Positions 39,821-49,439 of a stretch of 64,000 nucleotides of DNA are shown piece by piece. The DNA is from Myxococcota bacterium (GTDB taxonomy: Bacteria > Myxococcota > JACRCW01), in the NCBI GenBank assembly GCA_040752415.1, contig JBFMGU010000001.1:44757-108756 (forward strand). The letters run 5' to 3'. A program made the position numbers and the translations under genes. The notes under the pieces were generated by a model, which was not told the origin of the DNA, did no database searches, and saw nothing but the letters and a program-made list of their open reading frames with translations. Within the stretch, counting starts at the first letter, position 1. Each line of letters starts with the position of its first letter.

Positions 39821-41047
39821 ATGTCCAGCCTGGGTACCGAGACCGTTGGCGGCTACCAGATCAGCCAGCTCCTGGCGGCGGGCGGCATGGCCGAGATCTA
39901 CCTGGCGCGGAAGATCGGCCCCGGCGGCTTCGAGAAGCGCGTGGTGCTCAAGCGCATCGCCAAGAAGCTGCTCGGTGACAAGGAGATCGAGGCCATGTTC
40001 CTGGACGAGGCGCGCGTGCAGGCGCTCCTCGACCATCCCCACGTGGTGCAGATCCATGACATGGGCGTGGACAAGGGCAGCTACTGGATCGCCATGGAGT
40101 TCGTCAGTGGCGCCACGTTGCGCTGGGTCATCGACAACGCCAACGCGGTGGGCCGTCCCGTCCCCATCTCCCACGCGCTGCGCGTGGTGGGCGACGTGCT
40201 CAACGGCCTGCACTATGCGCATGAGCTGTCCGACCACAAAGGCCGCCCGCTGGGCCTCATCCACCGCGACATCAGCCCGGTGAACGTGCTGGTCTCCCGC
40301 GCGGGCTGCGCCAAGCTGTGCGACTTCGGCGTGGCCAAGAGCCGCCTGCAGTCGGTGATGACGCGCGTGGGCATCGTGAAGGGGAAGTTCCGCTACATGG
40401 CGCCGGAGCAGGTGAACGCGGCGCCGCTGGACCGTCGCGCGGACATCTTCGCGGTGGGCGCGGTGCTCTGGGAGATCCTGGCGGGCCGACGCCTGTTCGA
40501 CCAGCAGCCGGAGGACGCCGTCGTCGACGCCATCCGCAGCGGGGAGTACCCCAGCGTGCGCGAGTTCCGCCCGGAGGTGCCGCGCGCGGTGGACCGCGTC
40601 ATCAAGCGCGCGCTGGACCCGGAGCCGGAGCGTCGCTTTGCAAGCGCCCGGGATTTCCAGATGGCCACCGAGGAGCTGCTGCGCCTGCTGCCGGAGAGCT
40701 GCAACGCCGCGGTGCTGGGCGAGTACCTGGTGGCGGAGCTGGAGGGCACCGCGGGACTGGAGCCGCCGCCCAAGAACAACAACCTCCCCGACGAGAGCGG
40801 GCTGCTCGCCGCCAACTTCGAGCTGCTGGACCCACCGCTCCCCGACGCCAGCGCCGCGGAGAAACGACGCGCCGAGCCCACGCGCACCCCGCAGCCCACG
40901 CGGGAGGTCAGTGAGATCCGGGAGGCATCCGCCGGCATGAAGCTGCTGGCCGCGCTGCTGATGGCCCCGGCATTGATCTTCGCGCTGCCCGCCGAGATCG
41001 TCCGCGGCGTGGCCGGCCTGTTCTCCCGCGACAAGCAGGGCGCTTAG
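39821..41047 (+). CDS. Hanks-type Ser/Thr protein kinase with C-terminal hydrophobic tail
   Basis: AGGMAEIY, VVLKRI, IHRDISPVN, DFG, KGKFRYMAPEQ, DIFAVG. Confidence 0.96.
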   Translation: MSSLGTETVGGYQISQLLAAGGMAEIYLARKIGPGGFEKRVVLKRIAKKLLGDKEIEAMFLDEARVQALLDHPHVVQIHDMGVDKGSYWIAMEFVSGATLRWVIDNANAVGRPVPISHALRVVGDVLNGLHYAHELSDHKGRPLGLIHRDISPVNVLVSRAGCAKLCDFGVAKSRLQSVMTRVGIVKGKFRYMAPEQVNAAPLDRRADIFAVGAVLWEILAGRRLFDQQPEDAVVDAIRSGEYPSVREFRPEVPRAVDRVIKRALDPEPERRFASARDFQMATEELLRLLPESCNAAVLGEYLVAELEGTAGLEPPPKNNNLPDESGLLAANFELLDPPLPDASAAEKRRAEPTRTPQPTREVSEIREASAGMKLLAALLMAPALIFALPAEIVRGVAGLFSRDKQGA

Positions 41048-41053
41048 GCTTGT

Positions 41054-41416
41054 TTAGCGTCCGGGCAGCAGCAGGGAGCGCGCCACGCGGTTCTCCGCAA
41101 TCAGCTCGTCAAAGAGCCGCATGGTGTCTTCCGCGGTGATGAAGTGGAGCCGGTCACCCAGGAACACGGAGAAGAACATGCGCGGCCCGCCGTTGCGCGG
41201 CAGCCCCAGCGCTTCCATGTGATACGCGAACTTGGGCGCCACGCGCTCCGCCACGTCGGGGAGGGACTCCTCCGGCTTCACCACCACCTCGTAGGAGCGC
41301 ACCTCCGCCCGCAGCTCCTCCGCGCGCTGGGCGCGGTGGTGGCCAATGGCCGCCGTGGCGTGGAGGGCGTTGGTGCTGTCAAAGGCCAGGTCCAGCCAGT
41401 CCTGCATCTGCCGCAT
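41054..41416 (-). CDS. Small hypothetical protein (resembles the myxobacterial STAUR_1299-type family)
   Basis: 120-aa ORF with SYEVVV...PKFAYH...FFSVFLGDRLHFI pattern. Family assignment is from memory only. Confidence 0.55.
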   Translation of the reverse strand: MRQMQDWLDLAFDSTNALHATAAIGHHRAQRAEELRAEVRSYEVVVKPEESLPDVAERVAPKFAYHMEALGLPRNGGPRMFFSVFLGDRLHFITAEDTMRLFDELIAENRVARSLLLPGR

Positions 41417-41437
41417 GGGGGACCCTGTAACGGGTGG

Positions 41438-42484
41438 TCAGGAGCGCGGCACGGCCGGTCCGTCCGCCGTCAGCGGAACCTCCAGCGCGTCCAGCGGATC
41501 CATGAACTGGCCGTTGCGGCTCACCGCGAAGTGCAGGTGCGGTCCCGTGCTGCGCCCGGTGTCGCCCATGAGCCCCAGCGGCGTGCCCGCCTCTACCCGC
41601 GTCCCCGGCTCGACGAGGATCTTGCTCAGGTGGCTGTAGTGCGTGCGGTAGCCGTGCGCGTGCAGCACCACGATGTGGTTGCCGCTGCCGCCGTGCCAGT
41701 CGCTGTAGGCCACAATCCCCGGCCCTGACGCCGTCACCAGGCTGCCCTCAGCGCCCGCCAGGTCCACGCCGGCGTGGAAGCGCGTCTTGTGGCGCATGAT
41801 GGGGTCCCGACGGTGGCCGTAGTAGCTGGTGATGTTCACCATCTGCACCGGCAGCACCAGGGTCACCGGCTCGTCGGACTCCACGCGCTGGGCCAGGGCA
41901 AATCCGCCGTCGGCGTTCTCCCGCAACATGCGCACGCGCTCATCCACCAGCCCCAGCGCCTCACGCCAGCGCGCCTTGAGGTCCGGCGGCACCGACTTGT
42001 AGCGACGCTCATCCTGCTCGAACTCCGCTTCCAGCGTGACGCGCGTGCGGATGAACGTGCTGAGCTCCACCGCCTCCGTGCCTTCCTCCGGCTCACCCAT
42101 GCAGGCGCGCTCCACCTGGTCCAGGATCAGGTACCAGCCACGCTCCACCTCCGCGGGCATGATCTCCGCGCGCTTCCTGGTCCGCACCATCCCGCGGGAC
42201 GCCGCAAACCTCCGCAGCTGCTGGTCCAGCTCGGTGGCCACCGTGGGCGGCACCACCTTCTTGACGGGGAGCACCGGGCGCGCGGACTTCTTGCTTGTCG
42301 TCGGGGCGGCGGCGGTCTTCTGCTGCTTGCTCGTCGTGGGTTTGGCCGCCGCGGGGGCCGGAGCGGGCGCGGGAGTGGTCTGGGCCACCGGTTCCGTCGG
42401 GGAAGCCGAGGAGCGGGAGCTGCCAGCGGTGGCGCAGCCAGCCAGCAGGGAGATCACCAAAAGCGGAAATGCAGCGCGGGGCAC
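41438..42484 (-). CDS. M23 family metallopeptidase lipoprotein
   Basis: Lipobox LAGC, TSYYGHRRDP, HAGVD (HxxxD), YSHL, TGRSTGPHLHF (HxH). Confidence 0.93.
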   Translation of the reverse strand: MPRAAFPLLVISLLAGCATAGSSRSSASPTEPVAQTTPAPAPAPAAAKPTTSKQQKTAAAPTTSKKSARPVLPVKKVVPPTVATELDQQLRRFAASRGMVRTRKRAEIMPAEVERGWYLILDQVERACMGEPEEGTEAVELSTFIRTRVTLEAEFEQDERRYKSVPPDLKARWREALGLVDERVRMLRENADGGFALAQRVESDEPVTLVLPVQMVNITSYYGHRRDPIMRHKTRFHAGVDLAGAEGSLVTASGPGIVAYSDWHGGSGNHIVVLHAHGYRTHYSHLSKILVEPGTRVEAGTPLGLMGDTGRSTGPHLHFAVSRNGQFMDPLDALEVPLTADGPAVPRS

Positions 42485-42671
42485 AACGCCACTCTAGTGG
42501 GAGCGCGCTCGCATCCTCCAGTCGCCGGATATCCCACTTCGCCACTGACGCGTCGCACCATCCTACTCTATCCGACCAGTCGGGTCGGTCATGGTGGGGA
42601 TGCTACCCACCCGCCACGATCCTAGGGTCCCTCCTCCCGTTGTCCTCCGTCATTCCGTGGAGTGTCTGCTC

Positions 42672-45600
42672 ATGCGCCGGTCCCCAACCCTGCTTGTCAG
42701 CGCGCTGGTCCTGATGTCCCTGACCCGCTGCGACTGTGGCGAGACGCTGGATTCCCTCCCCAAGCCGGAGGTCCTCGTGCAGGACCCACTCACCGGCGCC
42801 AAGAACGACGACCCCCTGGACGCCGACGACGGAAACGCGCCGCTGCAGGTGGCCTTTGGCACCGGAGAGGTGGGCGCGCCGGTGGTGGTGCGCAAGGTGG
42901 AGATCAAGAACCTGGGCAACGACGCGCTGAAGGTGGAGAGCCTGAAGTTCGCTCCCGCCGCGCCGGATGATCCCATCTGTCCCTCGCCCTCGGCGGCCAT
43001 CAAGTTCCGCGGCGCGGCGGCCTTCGAGGTGCCCGCGGGCGGCACCCAGGAGGTGGAGGTGGTGTTCGAGCCGGCGGGCGGCAGCCACTGTCGCATCCTG
43101 CTGGTGAAGAGCAATGACGAGGACGAGGCCACCGTGAAGGTCTATTTCACGGCGGCGGGGGAGGGCGCCAACCTGTGCGTCGTGGACAATCCCACCGGCG
43201 TCATTGACTTTGGCACCTCCCGCCCCGGCACCGAGAAGCGCAAGACCCAGCGGATCGAGAGCTGCGGCACCAAGAGCCTGCGCATCAGTGACCTCTCCAT
43301 CGACGACCAGCTCAACCCGGTCTTCACCATCGTCTCCCCCACCAGCGCGCCGGCCAACGAGCTCCCGCCGTGCAACGGCAGCAACGCCGCGGAGTGCGGT
43401 CTCGACGTGGAGCTGAGCTTCATCCCCAACCAGGGTGGCACCTTCAGCGGCACGCTCAACGTGCGGACGCAGGCCGCCGGCGGTGAGGTGGTCTACCCGT
43501 TCCAGCTGCTGGGCAAGGGCGCGGAGTGCAACCTCAGCGTCTCCCCGCTGAATGTGAACTTTGGCGCGGTGGCGTCGGGACAGAGCGCCATCCAGACCGT
43601 GGTGCTGCGCAACAGCGGCGTGTGTCACTGTGAAGTCGACAGCATCAGCGCCCTGGACCCCGCGGACCGCGGCTTCTCCTTCGTCAGCCCGCCGGCCACG
43701 CCGTTCGTCCTCAAGGGCACCGACGGGTGCGACGGCGACCCGACCCCCGACGCCGACGACACCAACACGCTGATCCTGCAGGTGAAGTATGAGCCCGGCC
43801 AGCGCCCCGACGCGGTGACCGACAGCGCCAGCTTCCACGTCCTCTCCGCCGACAACACCACCAACCCGGACTTCACGGTGAACCTGGAGGCCAACGGTGG
43901 CGGCACGCCGCGCTGCCAGCTGGAGGTGGACCCGGTGTTGCCGCCCACGGCGTCGTCGAACAACCCGTTTGACCTGCTGCCCGAGGGCCAGGACAGCTAC
44001 CAGCGCTACGGCCTCTTGCGCTTTGGCAAGACCAACAAGCAGACGACCAAGCGCCTGCCCATCACGCTGACCAACACCGGCAACGCGCCCTGCGACATCA
44101 ACGAGCTGGCCTGGGACACCCCCGTCACGGCGCAGCACCACTTTGCCATGGAGGACAGCGCGGGCAGTCCGCTGTTCGTGGGCGGCAACCCCGGTCTCTC
44201 CGTGCCCGCGGGTGAGGCGCTGGTGCTCTACGCCACGTACACGCCGGCGGAGTCCGGGGAGAAGTGGGTGGGCGCGCTCAACGTGGACAACGGGACGCGC
44301 ATCTTCCTGTGCGGCGGCTTCTTCAATCTGGAGGACTGCACCGGCAACGGCGTGCGCATCACCGTCAGCAACGCCGCCAACATCGACACCACGGCCATTG
44401 GCGGCGGTCCCGGCGTGCTCTCGTTCGGCTTCAACGCGGAGAGCGTGGAGCCCGCCATCGAGGTCATTCCCGGGGAGCTGGACTTTGGCCTGGTGACGCT
44501 GGGCTGCGGCTCCGAGGAGCGGGAGGTCAAGATCTACAACACCGGCAACGGTGACCTGCTGGTGGCGGGCACCTCCATCAACCCCACGACGAATCCGCCG
44601 GAGTTCAAGATCACCGCCAGCCCCGCGCCGCCCACCGTCACCGTGGCGCCGGGCCAGTCCATCCGCGTGAAGGTGCGCTTCTATCCACGTCATGAAGGAC
44701 TGCACCAGGCCAACCTGGTCATCACCACTGACGAGGGCCAGGGCAACTACAGTGAGTTCACCGTGCCGCTGAAGGGTGAGGGCACCACGGAGAGCCACGT
44801 GGTGGACGTGTTCCGCCAGCTCACCGACCCCATGGTCGACGTGCTGTGGGTGGTGGATGACTCCGGCTCCATGAGTGAGGAGCAGGCGCAGCTGGCGCAG
44901 AACTTCCCGCGCTTCTTCGGCGACACCACCATCACCAACGTGGACTACCACGTGGCCGTGACGACGACGCTGTACTCCGAGGAGCCCTGCTTCCCGGACC
45001 TCAGCAATCCCAACGCTACCTGCGCCACGGAGCCGGACGCCAAGGCGGGCTGGTACACCGCGTGTAACGCCAATGAGCACTTCATCACGCGTGACACGGC
45101 CGACCCCAACGCGACCTTTGCGTGCAACGCCACCGTGGGTGACACCAGCAACGTGCATCCCTCCCGCCCGCAGTCCAGCCAGGAAGCGGGCCTGGCAGCG
45201 GCCAAGCTGTTCCTGACCCAGCCCAACATCACGGACCCGGCCATCAACGGCGGCTTCCTCCGCGACGACGCCAAGCTGTACGTGATCATCGTCTCCGACG
45301 AGCAGGACTACAGCGAGGGACCCACCGACCTGTACGTGGACTTCTTCCAGAACCTGAAGGGCTTCCAGAACCGCTCGCTGGTGAGTGTCAGCGCCATCGC
45401 GGGTCGCGTGCCCGACGGTTGTGGCGATCCCAACGGCGGCGGCGCGGAGGCGGGCACGCGCTACAAGGACGTGGTCGACGGCGTGAACAACGGCCTGTTC
45501 CTGGACATCTGCGACTCCCAGTGGGGTGAGCGCCTGGATGAGCTGGCGTTTGACTCCTTTGGTCTCAAGACGCAGTTCTTCCTCACGCGCGGCGCCGACC

Positions 45601-45815
45601 CCACGCAGCTCACCGTGTGCATCTCCGACCAGGACCTCAACGCCAACCCCAACGCGCCGTGCACGCCGGTGAACCAGACCACCGAGGGCGCCGCCGACGG
45701 GTTCTTCTACGAGGCGGAGAGCAACTCCATCATCTTCAACGCCGGCTCCGTCCCGCAGCGCGGCCAGTACATCAAGGCGGAGTACGAGGCGCAGTGCCTG
45801 CCGCTGAGCCCGTGA
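42672..45815 (+). CDS. Large lipoprotein with tandem ASH/choice-of-anchor-D Ig-like repeats and a C-terminal VWA/MIDAS domain
   Basis: Signal ending TRCDC; repeated 'DFG.V.......I.N.G...L' Ig units; VDVLWVVDDSGSM at ~44833-44873; FLRDDAKL.VIIVSDEQD. Confidence 0.85.
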   Translation: MRRSPTLLVSALVLMSLTRCDCGETLDSLPKPEVLVQDPLTGAKNDDPLDADDGNAPLQVAFGTGEVGAPVVVRKVEIKNLGNDALKVESLKFAPAAPDDPICPSPSAAIKFRGAAAFEVPAGGTQEVEVVFEPAGGSHCRILLVKSNDEDEATVKVYFTAAGEGANLCVVDNPTGVIDFGTSRPGTEKRKTQRIESCGTKSLRISDLSIDDQLNPVFTIVSPTSAPANELPPCNGSNAAECGLDVELSFIPNQGGTFSGTLNVRTQAAGGEVVYPFQLLGKGAECNLSVSPLNVNFGAVASGQSAIQTVVLRNSGVCHCEVDSISALDPADRGFSFVSPPATPFVLKGTDGCDGDPTPDADDTNTLILQVKYEPGQRPDAVTDSASFHVLSADNTTNPDFTVNLEANGGGTPRCQLEVDPVLPPTASSNNPFDLLPEGQDSYQRYGLLRFGKTNKQTTKRLPITLTNTGNAPCDINELAWDTPVTAQHHFAMEDSAGSPLFVGGNPGLSVPAGEALVLYATYTPAESGEKWVGALNVDNGTRIFLCGGFFNLEDCTGNGVRITVSNAANIDTTAIGGGPGVLSFGFNAESVEPAIEVIPGELDFGLVTLGCGSEEREVKIYNTGNGDLLVAGTSINPTTNPPEFKITASPAPPTVTVAPGQSIRVKVRFYPRHEGLHQANLVITTDEGQGNYSEFTVPLKGEGTTESHVVDVFRQLTDPMVDVLWVVDDSGSMSEEQAQLAQNFPRFFGDTTITNVDYHVAVTTTLYSEEPCFPDLSNPNATCATEPDAKAGWYTACNANEHFITRDTADPNATFACNATVGDTSNVHPSRPQSSQEAGLAAAKLFLTQPNITDPAINGGFLRDDAKLYVIIVSDEQDYSEGPTDLYVDFFQNLKGFQNRSLVSVSAIAGRVPDGCGDPNGGGAEAGTRYKDVVDGVNNGLFLDICDSQWGERLDELAFDSFGLKTQFFLTRGADPTQLTVCISDQDLNANPNAPCTPVNQTTEGAADGFFYEAESNSIIFNAGSVPQRGQYIKAEYEAQCLPLSP

Positions 45816-45921
45816 GCGGTGACGCGCGCGCCAGAAATTTGGGCGTGAGCGTGGGCTGTGTCACCTTGGAGGCGGACGGCGCCACGTGGAGGCGCTGCGC
45901 CCCTTCAAGGAGACACCCGTC

Positions 45922-46092
45922 ATGAAGCGCATGAGCCCCGCCGAGGAGCGGTTCTTCCAGAGCCTGCAGCAGTGGACCGAGCCCCAGGCCCAGCGTCGTG
46001 AGCGCGTGCTGGACGCCGGCACCGACGTGGATGCGGCAGTGGACCGCATGTTCAACGAGCTGCTGGGTCGCAACTCCATTCCGCCGGCCTGA
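45922..46092 (+). CDS. Small hypothetical protein
   Basis: AAGGAG Shine-Dalgarno before ATG; coding-like codon pattern; 56 aa. Confidence 0.5.
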   Translation: MKRMSPAEERFFQSLQQWTEPQAQRRERVLDAGTDVDAAVDRMFNELLGRNSIPPA

Positions 46093-46098
46093 ACACGC

Positions 46099-46296
46099 GT
46101 GCGGAAGGTGCATGCCGCGGACGGCCGCTACACGCTGGAGCTCGACGCGACCGAGCTGAAGGCCATCTGCAACTGCATCAACGAGGTGGCCCACGGTCTC
46201 CACCTGGACGCGTGGGCCATCCCCACCCGCGTGGGCGTGGAGAAGGCCGAGCTGGAGCGTCTTCTCGCCGCGCTCAGCGCCGTCCTCGACGGGTAG
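46099..46296 (+). CDS. Small helical hypothetical protein
   Basis: 65 aa, strong GC3 bias, follows the previous ORF by 6 bp. Confidence 0.6.
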   Translation: MRKVHAADGRYTLELDATELKAICNCINEVAHGLHLDAWAIPTRVGVEKAELERLLAALSAVLDG

Positions 46297-46833
46297 TCAG
46301 GGCTTGGGCGGCGGCGTCTGCGTGTTGTCCGACGGCGCCACGCCGGGCGGGGGCATGTTGAGGAGCTGCGGCAGGGTCAGCTTGCCCTCCTCCTTCACCG
46401 GCACGCGCGCCGGTCCCAGCGGCGTGTAGAAGTCCACCCACATCTCCAGCGTGTAGGGCAGCTCTCCCATGAGCAGCAGCACCGCGCCCGCCGCCGCCAC
46501 CGCGCGGTACGGCGCGCGCAACGTCACCTTGGCCAGCGCGCTGCCCCGGGCCGGCACCTCCACCGAGTCCACCGTCTCCCCGCGCGCCGTGGGCCGACCC
46601 TCGAACGTCAACGCGTAGCTCACCTTCTCCATGCGCAGGGGGAAGGGGTTGGGGTTGTCAATGTTGAGCTGCGCCTCCGCAACGAGCCCGTTGCTGTCAA
46701 AGGTCAGCGCGCTGAGACGGTGCAGCTTGATGGTGGGCATGATGAGCTGGGACGCGCGCGTGGTGGCGCAGCTCGACGAGAGCGCGACGGCCAGCAGGAA
46801 CACAAGCGCAACAACGGAACGGATGCGGAGCAT
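46297..46833 (-). CDS. LEA_2/WHy-domain lipoprotein
   Basis: Lipobox SSSC, IDNPNPFPL motif, beta-rich sequence. Confidence 0.85.
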   Translation of the reverse strand: MLRIRSVVALVFLLAVALSSSCATTRASQLIMPTIKLHRLSALTFDSNGLVAEAQLNIDNPNPFPLRMEKVSYALTFEGRPTARGETVDSVEVPARGSALAKVTLRAPYRAVAAAGAVLLLMGELPYTLEMWVDFYTPLGPARVPVKEEGKLTLPQLLNMPPPGVAPSDNTQTPPPKP

Positions 46834-46908
46834 GGTGGGCTCTGGTAGCGCCGGGAGGCGCACGTTGCAGCCTGCGTGCTAGCACGAGCGGGTTGGGAGG
46901 AGCGCGCG

Positions 46909-47358
46909 GTGGAGAGCTGGGAGCCGTGGATGCGGGAGGCCATCCGGGAGAGCCAGGTGGCCGCCTCCGTGGGCGACGTGCCGGTGGGCGCGGTGGTGGT
47001 CCACGACGGGCAGGTGCTGGCGCGGGGGCACAACCGTCGGGAAGCCAACCAGGACCCCACCTGGCACGCGGAGATCGAGGCGCTGCGCGCGGCGGCCAAG
47101 GCGCTGGGTCGGTGGCGACTCACCGGGTGCACGCTGGTGGTGACCCTGGAGCCGTGCGCCATGTGCGCGTACGCGTGTGTGCTCTCTCGCGTGGACCGCG
47201 TGGTGTGGGGCGCGCCCGACCCGCGCTTTGGCGCCGGCGGGAGCCTGCACAACATCCTGGGGCATCCCGCGCACAATCACCGCCCGGACGTGGTGTGCGG
47301 CGTGCTCTCCGACGAGATCAGCGCGGAGCTGAAGGCGTTCTTCCGTGCACGGCGGTAG
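46909..47358 (+). CDS. tadA: tRNA adenosine(34) deaminase
   Basis: DVPVGAVVV, DPTWHAEIEALR, VTLEPCAMC, C-terminal FFRARR. Start approximate. Confidence 0.92.
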   Translation: MESWEPWMREAIRESQVAASVGDVPVGAVVVHDGQVLARGHNRREANQDPTWHAEIEALRAAAKALGRWRLTGCTLVVTLEPCAMCAYACVLSRVDRVVWGAPDPRFGAGGSLHNILGHPAHNHRPDVVCGVLSDEISAELKAFFRARR

Positions 47359-47372
47359 GACGGCGAAAGCGG

Positions 47373-47527
47373 GAAAGGAAGTCAGAAGTCATGGCGTGTC
47401 GGAGAATCCCCAAAGAAGGAAGTCAGAAGTCAGAAGGTGGTCCCGTGACGACGACGGGCAAGCACCTTCTGACTTCTGCATTCTGACTTCCTTTCAGGAA
47501 CCCTCACTTCTCAGGAACCCTCACTTC
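47373..47527. repeat. Heptamer-based (AGAAGTC) inverted-repeat element plus 17-bp tandem duplication
   Basis: 47373-47387 is the reverse complement of 47481-47495; 47424-47439 is the reverse complement of 47463-47478; TCAGGAACCCTCACTTC occurs in tandem at 47494-47510 and 47511-47527. Confidence 0.85.
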
Positions 47528-48051
47528 TTCGCCGAAAGAAACTTCCCAAGCGCGCGGCCCACTTCCTCCTGGTTGGGCTTGATGAGTGCCACCGCAAACG
47601 TTTCCACCGCCTTGCCAATGCTCCCCGCCAGCAGGCGCGGCACCGGCAGCCCCGTCTTGGTGGCGTCCACCTGCAGGTCCCCGGCAATCACCATGCGCGT
47701 GTGCGCGCCCTCGTCGTAGAAGCGCGTCTCACCACGGCAGGTCACCGCGTCCTTGAACGCCGTGATCTCCAGCGACCAGGCGCAATGCTTGCGCTCGTCA
47801 TTCCACGTGGCGTGGTCCATCCAGGACAATTTGTCCTCGGTGATCATGGACTTCAGCGGCCCCGGGACCTCCGCCTTGGCGCGCCAGCGGTTGAGCAGCT
47901 TGACGGTGTTGCCCTCCTCCTTGCGCTCCACCACCTCGATGCTCTTGACGTTGGGAATGTACTTCCCCAGCTCGGGGAGCTGGTCGCGGTAGGCGGTGTA
48001 CACGTCGGAAAGCGGGTGCGGGATGCGCGTCTCGACCTGGAATGCCGTCAT
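47521..48051 (-). CDS. SRPBCC/START-like (DUF2505-type) protein
   Basis: AYRDQLPEL..YIPNVKSIEV, WMDHATW, C-terminal helix. Confidence 0.7.
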   Translation of the reverse strand: MTAFQVETRIPHPLSDVYTAYRDQLPELGKYIPNVKSIEVVERKEEGNTVKLLNRWRAKAEVPGPLKSMITEDKLSWMDHATWNDERKHCAWSLEITAFKDAVTCRGETRFYDEGAHTRMVIAGDLQVDATKTGLPVPRLLAGSIGKAVETFAVALIKPNQEEVGRALGKFLSAKK

Positions 48052-49427
48052 GGTTGGACCTCGGGCTGGGGAGGGGGAGGGGGAGCGGGAGCGGCAGCAT
48101 GCTCCGGCTGCGCGGTGTTTGCCAACGGCGCCACCTTCCGCAGTCGCCAGGTGAGCAGTGGCGGCGTGATCATCGTGGTCACAATCACCATGATCACCAC
48201 CGCGGAGAACACCGGCTTGGACACCACCGGCTCCCCCGCCACCACCAGCGTCATGCCAATGTTGGCAAAGATGAGCCCCACCTCACCGCGCGGAATCATC
48301 CCAATCCCCACGGTGATGCGGTCCACGCCCCGGCCCAGCACGCCCAGCCCGCACACCTGCTTGCCCAGGATGGCCACCACCGTCAGCCCCGCCGCCAGCC
48401 CCAGCACGCCCGGCTGCGTGAAGCTGGTGAGGTCGGTGCGCATGCCCATGAGCACGAAGAACACCGGCACCAGGAACCCGCTGATGGGATGGATGAGATC
48501 CTCCAGCGTGTGGTCACCCAGGCTGCGGTACTCCTGGTAGTGCACGTCCTCCAGGATCAGCCCCGCCGCAAACGCCCCCACGATGGGCGCCAGCCCAATC
48601 ACACTGGCCAGCCAGCTGAGCAGGAAGCAGAACGAGAGGCCCACCGCCAGCAGCACGCCGCGCGCGCGCAGGTGTGAGGCCAGCCGGAACAGTCGCGGCG
48701 AGATCACCACGCCCAGCACCAGCGCCCCGACGAGGAACCCGGTGGCCTTCACCAGCGTCACCAGGATCTCCCCGTAGGAGAGCGCACCGCCGGTGGCCGC
48801 CGCGGAGATGATTCCGCTGACCACGGCCAGGATGATGAGGCCCAGCACGTCGTCGATCACGGCGGCGCCCAGGATCACGCGCGCCTCGGAGGTCTGGCTG
48901 GCGGAGAGGTCCTTGAGCACGCGCGCGGTGATGCCCACGCTGGTGGCGGTGAGCGTGGCACCCAGGAACACGTGCACGTAGACGCTGTGCCCGGGAAGCA
49001 GCCACGCGCCCACCAGCCAGCCCAGCCCGAACGGCACCACCACCCCCACCGTGGCGACGACAAACGAGCTCAACCCCACCTTGAGCATCTGCGCCACGGT
49101 GGACTCCAGCCCCACCTCGAAGAGCAGGATGAGGACGCCCAGGCGCGCGAACATGTCGACGTGGATGTCGGTCTTGATGCCCTCCAGCGCGTGGATGCCC
49201 AGCAGCGGCAGGTTCCCCAGCAGCACGCCCATCACCAGCTCACCCAGCACCTCCGGCTGGCGCAGGCGTTGGGCCACGTCTCCGCCCAGCTTGGCGCCCA
49301 GCAGCACCACCGCCAGGTACAACACCACGAGCGCCGCGGGATCCTCGTGGGCGGCCGCGCCCTCGCTGGCCAGCGCGGGGAAGGAGACCAGCACCGCCAG
49401 CAGCGCCAAGGTGAGCTTCCGGAACAT
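48048..49427 (-). CDS. Cation:proton antiporter (CPA2, NapA/Kef family)
   Basis: QPEVLGEL, LLFEVGLE, ATSVGIT, AAVIDDVLG, GAFAAG, GMIPRGEVG. Confidence 0.95.
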   Translation of the reverse strand: MFRKLTLALLAVLVSFPALASEGAAAHEDPAALVVLYLAVVLLGAKLGGDVAQRLRQPEVLGELVMGVLLGNLPLLGIHALEGIKTDIHVDMFARLGVLILLFEVGLESTVAQMLKVGLSSFVVATVGVVVPFGLGWLVGAWLLPGHSVYVHVFLGATLTATSVGITARVLKDLSASQTSEARVILGAAVIDDVLGLIILAVVSGIISAAATGGALSYGEILVTLVKATGFLVGALVLGVVISPRLFRLASHLRARGVLLAVGLSFCFLLSWLASVIGLAPIVGAFAAGLILEDVHYQEYRSLGDHTLEDLIHPISGFLVPVFFVLMGMRTDLTSFTQPGVLGLAAGLTVVAILGKQVCGLGVLGRGVDRITVGIGMIPRGEVGLIFANIGMTLVVAGEPVVSKPVFSAVVIMVIVTTMITPPLLTWRLRKVAPLANTAQPEHAAAPAPPPPPQPEVQP

Positions 49428-49439
49428 GGGGGCCTTGTA

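Noticed and set aside
47359..47520. tRNA or SRP RNA downstream of tadA
   Set aside because: No cloverleaf, T-loop or SRP motif is visible. The structure is explained by heptamer inverted repeats.
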